A stretch of DNA of 64,000 nucleotides from a bacterium. Lineage in GTDB: Bacteria; UBA8248. The stretch's first letter is position 1; every line of letters starts with the position of its first letter. The position numbers were made by a program, and so were the translations under genes. The notes beneath the pieces were generated by a model. It was not told where the DNA came from. It was given only the letters and a program-made list of their open reading frames with translations, and searched no databases. This document shows, one piece after another, positions 18,340 through 28,152 of this stretch. The stretch lies in assembly GCA_965261085.1 (NCBI GenBank), contig OZ253442.1, forward strand, positions 1,312,001 to 1,376,000, given 5' to 3'.

Positions 18340-18560
18340 TCACTCCCCCCTTAAGGGTCAATCCCGATTGAAGAATGAGGGATTGTCGCAGAAGCCGAGC
18401 GTTGTGTGCGAGAGTTGATGCGGTGGGGGGTATGATTCTAAAATAAAATCTCCCCCCACCGGTTCACTTGCGGGCTATGCCCTTAGTTCACCGACTCCCC
18501 CTCAAGGGGGGAATGAATCCCTCTCTCATCGGTCAGAATTGGCCCTCAAGGGGGGAGTGA
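18340..18560. mobile_element. MITE/REP-like palindromic element with about 45-bp imperfect terminal IRs
   Basis: tcactccccccttaagggtcaatcccgattgaagaatgagggatt versus the reverse complement of 18516-18560; internal ggtggggg/ccccccacc IR and a second ctccccctcaaggggg motif. Confidence 0.7.
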
Positions 18561-18630
18561 ATACGTACCCCCTCACCTTTATCGTCTTGCTGCAAAAAAC
18601 CCCCAACCAAAATTCACGCTCCTCAACATG

Positions 18631-18660
18631 AAACCCCTTCCGGGGGTGAGCCGGAAGGGA
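18631..18660 (-). terminator. Possible terminator hairpin downstream of the small secreted protein
   Basis: cccttccgg-N7-ccggaaggg; only a short U tract. Confidence 0.4.
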
Positions 18661-18745
18661 CCGGAGCGGTGCGGCGGGATGTTCAGGCGGAAGAAACCCT
18701 CTTCCTAGGAGGGATGCGCGGGTTCGATTTCCGCTCCTGTACCCA

Positions 18746-18991
18746 CTATTTGTTTTTCACGGGTTTTGCCGTTTTTTCCAAGTGCTTGTGCGGGTCGCAG
18801 TTCGCGGGGCCGCACGAGGTGGGGTAGCAAACCAGGCGGTCCCCTAGTTTGCCGCAGGTGATGTTTTCGAGACAAACCTTCGCTTTTTCGCACCCTTTGT
18901 GCTCGTTCTTGATGTCGTGCGCGAACCCGGGGTTTGCGACCCCGAACGCCATTCCCGTTGCAACCAATGCGGCGAACAGAATCTTTCTCAT
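18746..18991 (-). CDS. Small secreted six-cysteine protein
   Basis: Signal peptide MRKILFAALVATGMAFGVANPGFA; AAGGA RBS; six Cys in a 57-aa mature part. Confidence 0.7.
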   Translation of the reverse strand: MRKILFAALVATGMAFGVANPGFAHDIKNEHKGCEKAKVCLENITCGKLGDRLVCYPTSCGPANCDPHKHLEKTAKPVKNK

Positions 18992-19341
18992 CGTTGATTC
19001 CTTTTTTCGGCGGCGATGCTGTCCGATTGTAGAATTGCGTTGCTGAACGTCCCGCTCGGTTGGTTTTCCGCTCCCTCCTTATGACTAAATATAGGCCTTG
19101 CGCAGCGAAAGCGCCAAGTTTTTTTTCGGGGAAAAGAAGGCGCAAGGCTCCCGGCGGCATTCGCTGCGTATGAACACGATTTCCAATTCACTCCCCCCCT
19201 TTCCAGTCAACCCCCTCCCTCCTCACTCGGCAGCCCTTCCTTCTTCAGTCAGGGCTGACCTCCCGTCCCTTTTGACCTCACGCACCCCTCTCTGTACACT
19301 CGCGCGTTTGTTCGTTCATGGTTCATCAAGGAGCTTAAGAC

Positions 19342-20391
19342 GTGAAAATCGGGATCATCGGCTTGGCCGCCGCAGGCAAGACGACGCTGTTCAATGCGTT
19401 GACGGGCGGTGCGGCATCGACGGGGGGATACGGCGCGGTGCGGGTGAACATAGGTGCTGCGCACGTGGCGGACGCGCGGGTGGACGCGCTGAGCGCGGTT
19501 TTTAGCCCGAAGAAGACGACCTACGCGGCGGTAAACTTCGTGGATGCGGGCGTGGGCGACGGGGGCGCGGCGAAGAACGCGGAGGCGATTCCGCAGGCGC
19601 TGGAAGGGGCGGATGCGCTCCTGGTGGTGGTGCGCGCCTTCGAAGACGCAGGGGTTCCGCATCCCAAGGAGAGCATCGACCCCGCGCGCGATCTGGCCGA
19701 CGTGCGCATCGATTTGCTCCTGCGCGACTTGTCAGTGGTCGAACGCCGCCGGGAGCGTCTGGAAAAACTGGTGCGCGTCAAGAAAGACCCCGCCGAGGCG
19801 GCGGAGTTCGCGCTGCTTACGAAGATTCAGGAGACGCTGGAAGAGGGCCGCCCGGTCCGCGCGCTCAAGCTGGGTGAAGAAGAAATGCGCATTATTAAAG
19901 GGTTCGGCTTTTTATCCGCCAAGCCGCTGCTCGTGGTGGTGAACGTGGGCGAGGAGCAGTTGGGGGACGCTTTCGGTGAACTGGACGGCGAAACCCCCGT
20001 CGCCCTCGCCGCGCGGTTGGAGGAAGAACTCGCGCAATTGCCCGGTGAAGAGCAAGCGGAGTTTCTCGCGGATTACGACCTTAAATCCTCAGCCCTGGAT
20101 AGAGTCGTTCAGGCGTCATTCGCGCTACTCAATCTCAGGTGTTTCTTCACCGTGAGCGGGGATGAGGTTCGCGCCTGGCCGGTTCGCGCGGGCGCCATCG
20201 CCCTCCACGCGGCGGGGACGATTCATACTGACTTGGAGCGCGGCTTCATTCGCGCCGAGGTGGTCTCCTACACCGACTTCATGGCCGCGGGTTCGCTCTC
20301 TGCGGCGCGGGATAGGGGAACGCTCAGGTTGGAAGGCAAGGACTACGTCGTGAAGGACGGCGACATCTTCCACGTGCGCTTTAACGTGTGA
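19342..20391 (+). CDS. ychF: YchF-family (Obg-related) ATPase, divergent G1/G3 motifs
   Basis: GLAAAGKTTLFNALT; DEVRAW; AAGTIHTDLERGFIRAEV; LRLEGKDYVVKDGDI..RFNV. Confidence 0.8.
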   Translation: MKIGIIGLAAAGKTTLFNALTGGAASTGGYGAVRVNIGAAHVADARVDALSAVFSPKKTTYAAVNFVDAGVGDGGAAKNAEAIPQALEGADALLVVVRAFEDAGVPHPKESIDPARDLADVRIDLLLRDLSVVERRRERLEKLVRVKKDPAEAAEFALLTKIQETLEEGRPVRALKLGEEEMRIIKGFGFLSAKPLLVVVNVGEEQLGDAFGELDGETPVALAARLEEELAQLPGEEQAEFLADYDLKSSALDRVVQASFALLNLRCFFTVSGDEVRAWPVRAGAIALHAAGTIHTDLERGFIRAEVVSYTDFMAAGSLSAARDRGTLRLEGKDYVVKDGDIFHVRFNV

Positions 20392-20394
20392 TTT

Positions 20395-21486
20395 TCAGGC
20401 TCCCCCGACCGCCGCGAGGATTCTTTCTCTGGCCTCCCGGTGCGCCGCGCAGCCGATAACTTCGAGCATTTCCGCTCGCCAGTTCGGGCGGCAGTAGCTT
20501 TCCTTTAGTCTGCGTATCCGATCCGATGAGGCCTCCTCCTGTTCCGGGGGGAGGTCGCCATCTCCGATTGCCCGCGCGATGGCGTCGACCGCGCGTTCCT
20601 GTGCGTCTTCTGCATGACAGATGAGGGCGACGTCCGCCCCTGCGAGGATGCTCTGAAGAGCGGCCTCTGCGGGGTTGTCTATTGCCCCCATGTCCAGATC
20701 GTCGGTGATCGCGACGCCTCTGAATCCGAGTTCCCCGCGCAGAATGTTTTGAAGAAAAACGGGGGAGAGGCTCGCGGGCGCAGCCTCGTCTATTTTCTCG
20801 AAAACGGCGTGGGCCACCATGACGCAGGCGGGAGGTGCGCGGCGGATGAGGTGCTGAAAGGGCGTAAGCTCGCGCGCTCTCAGGTCTTCTAGCGTGAGGC
20901 GGGAGGTCGGTAGCTCTTTGTGGGGGTCGGGGGCCATCTCCCCGATGCCGGGGAAATGCTTGGCGCACGCGGCCACGCCCGCCTTCTGAAGTCCGGCGGT
21001 TGCGGCCTCGCCCATGCTTGTGACGACCTCTGGAGTTGTTCCATATGCGCGGTCGCCGATGACGGCGCACTCGGGGTTCGTCAAGATGTCCACGGCGGGT
21101 GCGAAGTTCACGTTCACGCCGACGGCCTCTAGCTCCGCTCCGGTGATTTGGGCGGCTTCCCTGGCGAGGGCGGGATCCCCAAAGTCGCCAAAATCCCGCG
21201 CCGCCGGGAATATCGTGAAGTCAGGGGACAGCCTGCTCACGCGCCCGCCCTCCTGGTCGATGCCCACAAGCAGGGGAGCTTCGAGCGGAGAGGCGAGGGC
21301 GGCAGCTTGTAAGGAAGCGATGAGGGCCGCCGTCTGCGCGGCCGACTCGATGTTTCGCTTGAACAGGATGACGCCGCCGATTCTGCCCGCGCGGACGCGC
21401 TCTATGAGCGAGGCCGGGGCCGCTACACCCTCGAAGCTTGCCATCAGGTGCTGACCCGCCCTGGCCTCGGGGGTCGCAGCGTCCAT
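20395..21486 (-). CDS. nagZ: Beta-N-acetylhexosaminidase (GH3)
   Basis: DQEGGRVSRL, KHFPG.G....DPH, TDDLDM. Confidence 0.9.
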   Translation of the reverse strand: MDAATPEARAGQHLMASFEGVAAPASLIERVRAGRIGGVILFKRNIESAAQTAALIASLQAAALASPLEAPLLVGIDQEGGRVSRLSPDFTIFPAARDFGDFGDPALAREAAQITGAELEAVGVNVNFAPAVDILTNPECAVIGDRAYGTTPEVVTSMGEAATAGLQKAGVAACAKHFPGIGEMAPDPHKELPTSRLTLEDLRARELTPFQHLIRRAPPACVMVAHAVFEKIDEAAPASLSPVFLQNILRGELGFRGVAITDDLDMGAIDNPAEAALQSILAGADVALICHAEDAQERAVDAIARAIGDGDLPPEQEEASSDRIRRLKESYCRPNWRAEMLEVIGCAAHREARERILAAVGGA

Positions 21487-21495
21487 GCGCGCGCC

Positions 21496-22188
21496 TTAGC
21501 CTTCCCGCATCCGCGCGATGACGAAAGACTCCGCCATCGGGAGGCCGGCTTGGCGGCCCGCGTTTTCGAGGCGTTGGCGCGTGCGTTTTTCGAACGCTAC
21601 TGGGTTTTTGATCTGACACTTGTGCGCGCACACTGCGCGGACTTTCGTATCGAAGGTTTTTGAGATGTCCACGAAGAAATTCGGTTCGCGCGTGTTGAGG
21701 TAGAGGAGGTTGTTCGTGTGGTGCGCCTTGATGCCTGCGTAGGTGAGTTCGGGCAGAAAATGGTGATCCCGCGCATAGACCACCGCCTTGAACGTGGCGT
21801 GGCCGATGGCCTGGTGGTCGGGGTGCTGGTAGTGGGTGCGCCACGGGTCGTGGGTGAGGATGGTGTCGGGCTTGAAATGCCGGATCAGGAAGGCTATCTG
21901 GTTCCTGAACGCGCGCGTGTCCTCGAGCTCCCCGTCGCGGTGGCGCAGGAAGATGGTCTCCTTGACGCCGAGTATGCGGGAGGCTTCGAGTTGTTCCGCC
22001 TCGCGTATCTTGGCCAAGTCGAAGGGGCTGATGTCGTCTTTCGTGCCCTTGTCCCCGTTCGTGCAGACGACCGTGCGCACGGTGGCGCCCTCGGACGTCC
22101 AGCGGGAGATGCTTCCCCCCGAGGATAGTTCCGCATCGTCGGGGTGGGCGACGATGACCAGTATTTCCCGAAATTCGTTACGATCCAA
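21496..22188 (-). CDS. PIG-L family deacetylase (MshB/BshB-like)
   Basis: AHPDDAE, TNGDKG, HPDH; likely TTG start at 22188. Confidence 0.9.
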   Translation of the reverse strand: MDRNEFREILVIVAHPDDAELSSGGSISRWTSEGATVRTVVCTNGDKGTKDDISPFDLAKIREAEQLEASRILGVKETIFLRHRDGELEDTRAFRNQIAFLIRHFKPDTILTHDPWRTHYQHPDHQAIGHATFKAVVYARDHHFLPELTYAGIKAHHTNNLLYLNTREPNFFVDISKTFDTKVRAVCAHKCQIKNPVAFEKRTRQRLENAGRQAGLPMAESFVIARMREG

Positions 22189-22214
22189 AGCTGATTTCCT
22201 TCTGGTTGATGGGA

Positions 22215-23513
22215 TTATGGAGTGTGGGATGATGAGAGCGCGGCCGTATCCCGCAGGCGCGCCCATATATCGAGTTCCGCCTCCGCTATGCGCCTCCAGG
22301 CGAAAGATTCCGCCCATGCGAGGGCTTGGCAGTCCGGGTTTTCATGGCCGCTCTCAAGCATTTCGAGCATCTTCTCCGCATAGGCGTTGATGTCGCCGTC
22401 CGCGATAAGACAACCGCTCACGTCCTCGCCTACCGCCTGTGAGACGCCGCCCACGTCGAAGGCGAGCGTGGGCAGTCCACACGCGGCCGCCTCGACGGTG
22501 GTGAGACCGAAGCTCTCGTAGCGAGAGGGCAGCGCGTAAAGATCGGCTGCGGAATAATAAAGAGGGAGCGCCTCCTGCGGCTTGGCTCCCAAAAAGATGA
22601 TGGCGTCCGCCACGCCGAGCCTCCGTGCGAGGGATTCCAGCCGCGCGACCTCGGCTCCCTGCGCGGGGGAGGCGAAATCCTCTGGATGATAGCTTTCACC
22701 GATTCTCACCGCGCCCTCTCTTATCTCGCCCCCGACGTGTAAGAGACGGGCATCCAGCCCCGGTCGTTCGCGGCGCATGACGGCGAAAGCCTCGATCAGG
22801 CGGTCGAGTCCCTTGACGCGCTCGATGCGGCCCACGCTCAGGACGTATGCGCCATAAGGCTCGAAGCCCAGGCGCGCGCGCGCCTCGGGCCTGGGATACG
22901 GACGGAAGGTGTCCAGGTCCACCCCGCAGGGGACCACATGAACTTCGCCTGCACCCAGTTTTTCACGCAGAGCGCGCGCCTCGGCGGGCGATGAGGCTAG
23001 AGCTGCATCCGCCGTCTGCGCGAGCCTCGGTTCGACGTTGAGCCGTACTTCCGACTCGCGCCTTGTGTCTGCGGGTAAGGCGTCGTTTTTGAGCGCGGCC
23101 AGGGTGTGGAAGCGAAGGGCGAGGGGAACGCCCCACGCTTCGGCCAACTTCTCGCCTGCGAGGCCGGAGAGCCAGTAATGCGCGGAAACGCCGTCGTAGC
23201 GGGTCTGGTCTTTTTCCGCGAACGCGAGAATCCCGCGAGCGAAGGCATCCACATGGGCGTATTGCGCATCCTTATCGAGTCTTTCCTTGGGGCCCGCCTC
23301 GATGCGGATGAAGCGGCAGCCCTCGGCCAGGGAAACTAGCTCTTCAAGAGCTTCCGATTCCAGGCGGGTGAATACGTCTACCCGGACGCCCAGGCTCGCG
23401 AGCGCTTTAGCGATTTCGCGCACATAGACGTTCATGCCGCCCGTGAGGTCGCCTCCCAGCGGGGCGAGCGGGTCGGTGTGCATCGCGATGATCGCCAAGC
23501 GGGCCGCCGTCAT
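22215..23513 (-). CDS. GT4 glycosyltransferase, MshA-like
   Basis: MHTDPL...GGMNVYV, HYWLSG, FHTLA, RYESFGL. Confidence 0.85.
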   Translation of the reverse strand: MTAARLAIIAMHTDPLAPLGGDLTGGMNVYVREIAKALASLGVRVDVFTRLESEALEELVSLAEGCRFIRIEAGPKERLDKDAQYAHVDAFARGILAFAEKDQTRYDGVSAHYWLSGLAGEKLAEAWGVPLALRFHTLAALKNDALPADTRRESEVRLNVEPRLAQTADAALASSPAEARALREKLGAGEVHVVPCGVDLDTFRPYPRPEARARLGFEPYGAYVLSVGRIERVKGLDRLIEAFAVMRRERPGLDARLLHVGGEIREGAVRIGESYHPEDFASPAQGAEVARLESLARRLGVADAIIFLGAKPQEALPLYYSAADLYALPSRYESFGLTTVEAAACGLPTLAFDVGGVSQAVGEDVSGCLIADGDINAYAEKMLEMLESGHENPDCQALAWAESFAWRRIAEAELDIWARLRDTAALSSSHTP

Positions 23514-24529
23514 CGGGCATTCCTCTTGATCTGCACGCGCATCACGCGTTCATCCTGCGCGCCGAAGCGGTATTTGTAGGCCTCATCGCCCCTTAGGAGA
23601 TCGAAGGAGGAACGCCCCGCCTGAATCGCTTCTTCCACGTTGTGGGCGAGCAGCACCAGCCCGCCGCTCAGTTCGTGCTCGACCGGGTCGAAGCCCGAGT
23701 TGTAGAGATAAATCCTGTCCGCATAATCGAAAGAGAGGTTGGCGGCGACGGGATGGCCGTCCACGCGCATGAAGCTCAGATCCAGATAGCCCAGCGCCAA
23801 CATCGCCCGGGTCACGTCTTGGAAAAAGGATCTTCTGTCGGCGTTCCAGAAATCCGCCTTTTCCTGTTGGCTCAGCGCGTGAAGGGTGATGAAATCTTCC
23901 AGATCGGCGGGGAGCGTCTCCGCCGATTCGGTTCGCTCATAGGCCAGTCCCGCCTCCATGTTGGCTTTTCGTATCTTTCGCCTCAGATCACGCTCGTCTC
24001 GGGGCGCGAGCATCCCGGTGTATTCATCCCACGAATCGGGCAGCGCGATGACGGGGCAGACCTCCTCTTCTGAAACCTCAGCGCCTCCTCCCGTCAACTC
24101 TTGGGTGGCCGCGATGGTGGGGGAGGTTTCGGGGATTCCCCGCAGGGAGAGTTCGCGCCAATCGGGCGCGTCCGCCTCATCAAGAGTGGCGAGAATCGCC
24201 CGCCAGCACCCGAGATGCGCCCCGTCTGCGGCGATGATGTCGAGGTAGTCTGAGAGATCATCCCCTCCCGTGAGCCGCAGCCGCCCGCCCCCGCTCAAGA
24301 CGAACGGCGCAACTCCTACGAGCGCGCCGTTCTCATCGCGCAGGGCGTAGAGATACAACTCGCCTGCACCGAAATTCCGCCACCACGCGGCATGCCAGGC
24401 GGGGTCGTAAAAGGGATGCGCGTGGGAGGAGCGGGCCATCAACGCGCGCCACTCGCTCTCTAAGTCTGAGAACGCCTCGGGCGACGTGAAGGCTTCTAAC
24501 TGCAACGAGGAGCATGAGCTTTGCGACAT
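23510..24529 (-). CDS. GNAT acetyltransferase (Acetyltransf_6, CelD/BcsL type)
   Basis: SDYLD, YNSGFD, FDLLRGDEAYKYRFG. Confidence 0.85.
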   Translation of the reverse strand: MSQSSCSSLQLEAFTSPEAFSDLESEWRALMARSSHAHPFYDPAWHAAWWRNFGAGELYLYALRDENGALVGVAPFVLSGGGRLRLTGGDDLSDYLDIIAADGAHLGCWRAILATLDEADAPDWRELSLRGIPETSPTIAATQELTGGGAEVSEEEVCPVIALPDSWDEYTGMLAPRDERDLRRKIRKANMEAGLAYERTESAETLPADLEDFITLHALSQQEKADFWNADRRSFFQDVTRAMLALGYLDLSFMRVDGHPVAANLSFDYADRIYLYNSGFDPVEHELSGGLVLLAHNVEEAIQAGRSSFDLLRGDEAYKYRFGAQDERVMRVQIKRNAR

Positions 24530-24580
24530 CGGGATTCCTTCGCATCCATCGCGTCCACGGACGCGAGTTGATTTTCTCCG

Positions 24581-25177
24581 CTACACGTATTGATCCAGCC
24601 CGACGAACGTGGCCGGGGAGTGGCCTGCCAGAGGTTCTGAGAGGCGCGAGCGGGTGAAGACGAGCAACCGGCTGAAGTAGAGCGTCTGAAACTGGATGAA
24701 GCCTGCCTTGTCCACGCCGCGCCTCGAGGGGGTATTCTTCGCCTCCACGAAGATGAGAGAACGCGTAAGGCCCAGCTTCTCTCCGTATTCGAGCGCGCGC
24801 TTCAGCACGGCGGGGTAGAGGTTCCTCCCCCGCCAGGGCTCCAGGGTGAAGGCGTCGTAGAGATAGATTTCCTTGGCCTCGGGCTTCACCGCCTGGTTGA
24901 TCTCCTCTACGCCCACCACGCCGCGCGTTCCCCAGATGTAGCTCACCGCCTTGCCGTTTTCGAGGGCGACGAAACACTTCTCGCCCCGCTCGAAACGCCT
25001 CGTCGTCAGGCTCTCGCCCTGAACCTCGGATATGAGGTGGCGATTCTCCGACGCGCCGTCGAGGATGATGTGCTCAACCTCGATTCTCGCCTCGCTCGGC
25101 GGTATTTCACTGGGATGCGGAAAATCGTAGAGACAAAGCTCCACCGACGTCAGGAATGTCGTTTTCAAGAAATCCAA
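24581..25177 (-). CDS. GNAT family acetyltransferase
   Basis: YDAFTLEPWRGRNL (motif A); N.PSRR...KAGF. Confidence 0.8.
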   Translation of the reverse strand: MDFLKTTFLTSVELCLYDFPHPSEIPPSEARIEVEHIILDGASENRHLISEVQGESLTTRRFERGEKCFVALENGKAVSYIWGTRGVVGVEEINQAVKPEAKEIYLYDAFTLEPWRGRNLYPAVLKRALEYGEKLGLTRSLIFVEAKNTPSRRGVDKAGFIQFQTLYFSRLLVFTRSRLSEPLAGHSPATFVGLDQYV

Positions 25178-25192
25178 AAGGGGATGACTCCT

Positions 25193-26215
25193 TTATTTGA
25201 GAAGCGCGTCGAGGAAGGGCTCGAGCGAAGCATGGAGACGGGCCAGATCCCTCCTATTTTCCAAATGCCCCTGAACCATTCTTGCGGTATGCGGAATGCT
25301 CACCAGGTAGCGATCCGCCCCGCGCACCGCCTTTTGATAGGCGAAAGTGCCGATGGCCTTCAAGTTTCGCTGTATGGCGGTCGCGCGCAGGGCGCATTCG
25401 TATTCTTCTTTATCCGAGAAATGCAGGTGGCCGCAAGTCTCCCAGTAGCTGTGGATGAGGTAGGCCCGCTCTTCGTCCTCGAACTCGACGTAGCTGTCGA
25501 ACGCCAAAGACGCCAGATCATACAGAGCCGGCCCCATGCGCGCGTCCTGAAAATCGATTGCGAATACTTCGTCATTCGAGACCATCAGGTTCCTGCTGTG
25601 GTAGTCGCGGTGCGTGAGGCGAAAGGGAATCCGGCAGATTTCCTTGCACAATTCGCGGAAGGCCGCATCCAGCGCGCGCTCATCGGTTTCCATCCCCAGG
25701 AGGCGCTCGAATGCGTATTTGCGCGTGTGGTGAAGCTCGTTCGTAAAAAATTCAGCGTCGAAGCGCCGCGTGAGCGCGAGCCTGCCGCTTTCGGGTGCGT
25801 TCGGAGCATTCTGCATGACGGCCATCGCCTCGATAGCGTCGGCATAAAACGGCTCCGCCCGTTTCCATCCGCCTCCGCGCCATACGTCTTCGATCGATTC
25901 ATCACCGCAGTCCTCTAAAAGGATGACGCCGGCTTCTTCATCCACCCCGAAAATTTCAGGCACTCTGACGTCGATTTCGGTGAAATGCCTTTGCACGTCG
26001 ATGAAGGGGAGCGTTTCTTTGGTGAAAGGCTCCGGCATGATCATGCCGATTGAACTTAGGCTAGCGCCGCCTGAGTGGGTGAGCCGCACGTAATCGCGCG
26101 TCGAGGCGTCGCCGGCAAGCGGGGTCAAGGACGTGACGCCGACGCCAAAATGCTCGCGCGCCAGGGTTTCCAGGCGCTCGTGCGCTTGCGTCCGCTCGGT
26201 GAGGCTCGCCTTCAT
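25193..26215 (-). CDS. Aminoglycoside phosphotransferase-like kinase, AmgK-like anomeric sugar kinase
   Basis: GDASTRDY.R, LEDCGD, HRDYHSRNLM, IDFQDARMGP, QRNLKAIGTF. Confidence 0.85.
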   Translation of the reverse strand: MKASLTERTQAHERLETLAREHFGVGVTSLTPLAGDASTRDYVRLTHSGGASLSSIGMIMPEPFTKETLPFIDVQRHFTEIDVRVPEIFGVDEEAGVILLEDCGDESIEDVWRGGGWKRAEPFYADAIEAMAVMQNAPNAPESGRLALTRRFDAEFFTNELHHTRKYAFERLLGMETDERALDAAFRELCKEICRIPFRLTHRDYHSRNLMVSNDEVFAIDFQDARMGPALYDLASLAFDSYVEFEDEERAYLIHSYWETCGHLHFSDKEEYECALRATAIQRNLKAIGTFAYQKAVRGADRYLVSIPHTARMVQGHLENRRDLARLHASLEPFLDALLK

Positions 26216-27063
26216 GCGGGACTCGGCTTGTTCTGTGAGGCGAGCGCCCCAATGGCGCGCGCCGATGCGGCGAGCGTCTTGGCGTAAGGTTCGTCTTTTC
26301 TCCTGAGCTCAAGAGTCAGCGTCCCCCGGTAGCCTTGGGTGTCGAGTGTCGTGAAAAAAGATGCCCACTCGAACGCGCCCTCGCCCGGTATCAGGTGCGC
26401 GTCGTTTCGCCCGTCGTTATCGTGTAAGTGCGTTGCGACACAAAGGGGCGCCAGCCGCTCGATAGCGCCCGGGGCGTTTTTCCCTTCGGTGATGAGGGCG
26501 TGGCCTGTGTCGATGCAGATTTTTACTCTCGGATGGTCGATGCGCTCGACGAACCCGGCCAAAGGCTCGGCGAGGCCCAAAGTTGAAGGTATGTTTTCGA
26601 CTGCGATGACGGAGTCGGTTTCCTCGGCCACGGGCAGGAGCAGCGCGATGCTCTCTTCTAACGCCTCGTAGGTGTCCCCATCCCCGGCTTTTCCCGGCGC
26701 GCTCGGATGGAGAATGGCGATCCGCGCGCCCAGAGGACGAAAAGCACGCAGGGCGTTCATCGCTTTCTCCAAGGCCGCCGCGCGCGCATCCGGCTCTTTG
26801 TCGGCGAGAGAGAGCCAGCGCCCTTTTCTCGCCTCGCTTAAATCCGCATAAAAAGGCGCATGAAAAGAGGGTGTTGTGAGGGAGAGGTCCTCCAGCCAGC
26901 CTTTGAGGGTTTTGAGCCTCGCGAAGTCGCCCACGTCGAAGTTGGGCGTCATCGCCCACAGTTCGATTTTCCGGAAACCGGTTTCGGCCGCCTCATTTAG
27001 ATGATCGAAGGAAAGCGGTTCATAGGCGAACAGATGCGCCGAGAGGGCTAGGTCGGGTGCCAA
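26212..27063 (-). CDS. Sugar phosphate isomerase/epimerase (xylose isomerase-like TIM barrel)
   Basis: AVEN, DTGH, HLHDN..DAHL.PGEG, LE. Confidence 0.85.
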   Translation of the reverse strand: MAPDLALSAHLFAYEPLSFDHLNEAAETGFRKIELWAMTPNFDVGDFARLKTLKGWLEDLSLTTPSFHAPFYADLSEARKGRWLSLADKEPDARAAALEKAMNALRAFRPLGARIAILHPSAPGKAGDGDTYEALEESIALLLPVAEETDSVIAVENIPSTLGLAEPLAGFVERIDHPRVKICIDTGHALITEGKNAPGAIERLAPLCVATHLHDNDGRNDAHLIPGEGAFEWASFFTTLDTQGYRGTLTLELRRKDEPYAKTLAASARAIGALASQNKPSPA

Positions 27064-27196
27064 GAGGTTTCCTTTTATGAGCGGGGGCGGTGAAACGCGC
27101 TTGATGGGGCGCGATTATACGCCTTGGGATGCGGGAGCGGCAATGAGAGGCCCGATTCGTGCGCCATTCGCCGGACGAAAAATCGTCTCGCACCTG

Positions 27197-27243
27197 TTGA
27201 CAAGGGGGCCGCTGGGCTAGTATTGGTCATACCATCTGACCAG
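27197..27243 (+). promoter_or_regulatory. Sigma70-like promoter with an overlapping FadR/GntR-type operator
   Basis: TTGACA at 27197; TAGTAT at 27218 (short 15-bp spacer); TGGTCATACCA and TGGTCA...TGACCA palindromes at 27224-27242. Confidence 0.55.
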
Positions 27244-27332
27244 AACTTCCGGTCTCGTAAAAAAAAAATAACAATCCCTGCGTGGTTTTCCCTCATCGCT
27301 CGGGATGGCTTGCGTCATCAGGAGGCGGTTCA

Positions 27333-28067
27333 TTGCTCAGGCCGGTGAGAAAAACGAGGCTCTACGAAGACGTGGTGGAGCAGATACAGCAACTCATCCG
27401 CAAGCGAAAACTCACGCCTGGCGACAGGCTGCCCTCGGAGCGCGAACTCGCGGCGACTCTCGCCATCGGGAGGCCTTCGGTGCGAGAGGCCCTGCGCGCG
27501 CTCGACACCACTGGCCTCATCGAGGTGAGGAGCGGCCAGGGCGCTTTTCTGCGCAACCTCTCGGTGGATCCCTATCTCGCCACGGTGCGCGAGAGCCTGG
27601 CGTTTTTGCTCGACGTGAAAGAAGACACCCTGCTCGAACTCTGGGAGGTGCGGCAGGGGCTGGAAGAGCAAATCGCGCGCCTGACGGCCGAGCGCAGAAC
27701 GGGAGAACAACTCGAACGGCTGAGGTCTCACACCGAGGAGATGCGTAAGCGCATCGAGAGGCCCGAAGCCTTCGTACGCGCGGGCGTCGCCTGGCACCGC
27801 GCCTTGTGCGAGGCGGCGGAGAACGCCGTTTTGAGAACGGTGTGGGAGGCCATTGCGGGTCTCATCGAAAAAAGCCAGCGCCGGATCATCGGCACGCCCG
27901 GCCAGCCGGACGAGGCCTTGCGCCAACACGAGAAGCTGCTTGCGGCCGTTGAGGCGGGCGAGCCGGAAGAAGCCGCGCTCGCCATGCGCGAGCACATGGC
28001 GGCCGAGGGCGCGCGCCTGAAAGAAGCGCTGGCCGTATCGCGAAACGGAGGGGCGCTGCGCGTTTGA
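27333..28067 (+). CDS. GntR/FadR family transcriptional regulator
   Basis: PGDRLPSERELA...RPSVREAL HTH plus FCD domain; AGGAGG before TTG 27333. Confidence 0.92.
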   Translation: MLRPVRKTRLYEDVVEQIQQLIRKRKLTPGDRLPSERELAATLAIGRPSVREALRALDTTGLIEVRSGQGAFLRNLSVDPYLATVRESLAFLLDVKEDTLLELWEVRQGLEEQIARLTAERRTGEQLERLRSHTEEMRKRIERPEAFVRAGVAWHRALCEAAENAVLRTVWEAIAGLIEKSQRRIIGTPGQPDEALRQHEKLLAAVEAGEPEEAALAMREHMAAEGARLKEALAVSRNGGALRV

Positions 28068-28152
28068 CGCGCTTTTTTGTTGTGATTGCGGGACGATTTT
28101 TGATGTCGTTTTATGAACGATTCACCCCCATTTTCGTATAGGAGGAATTTTC

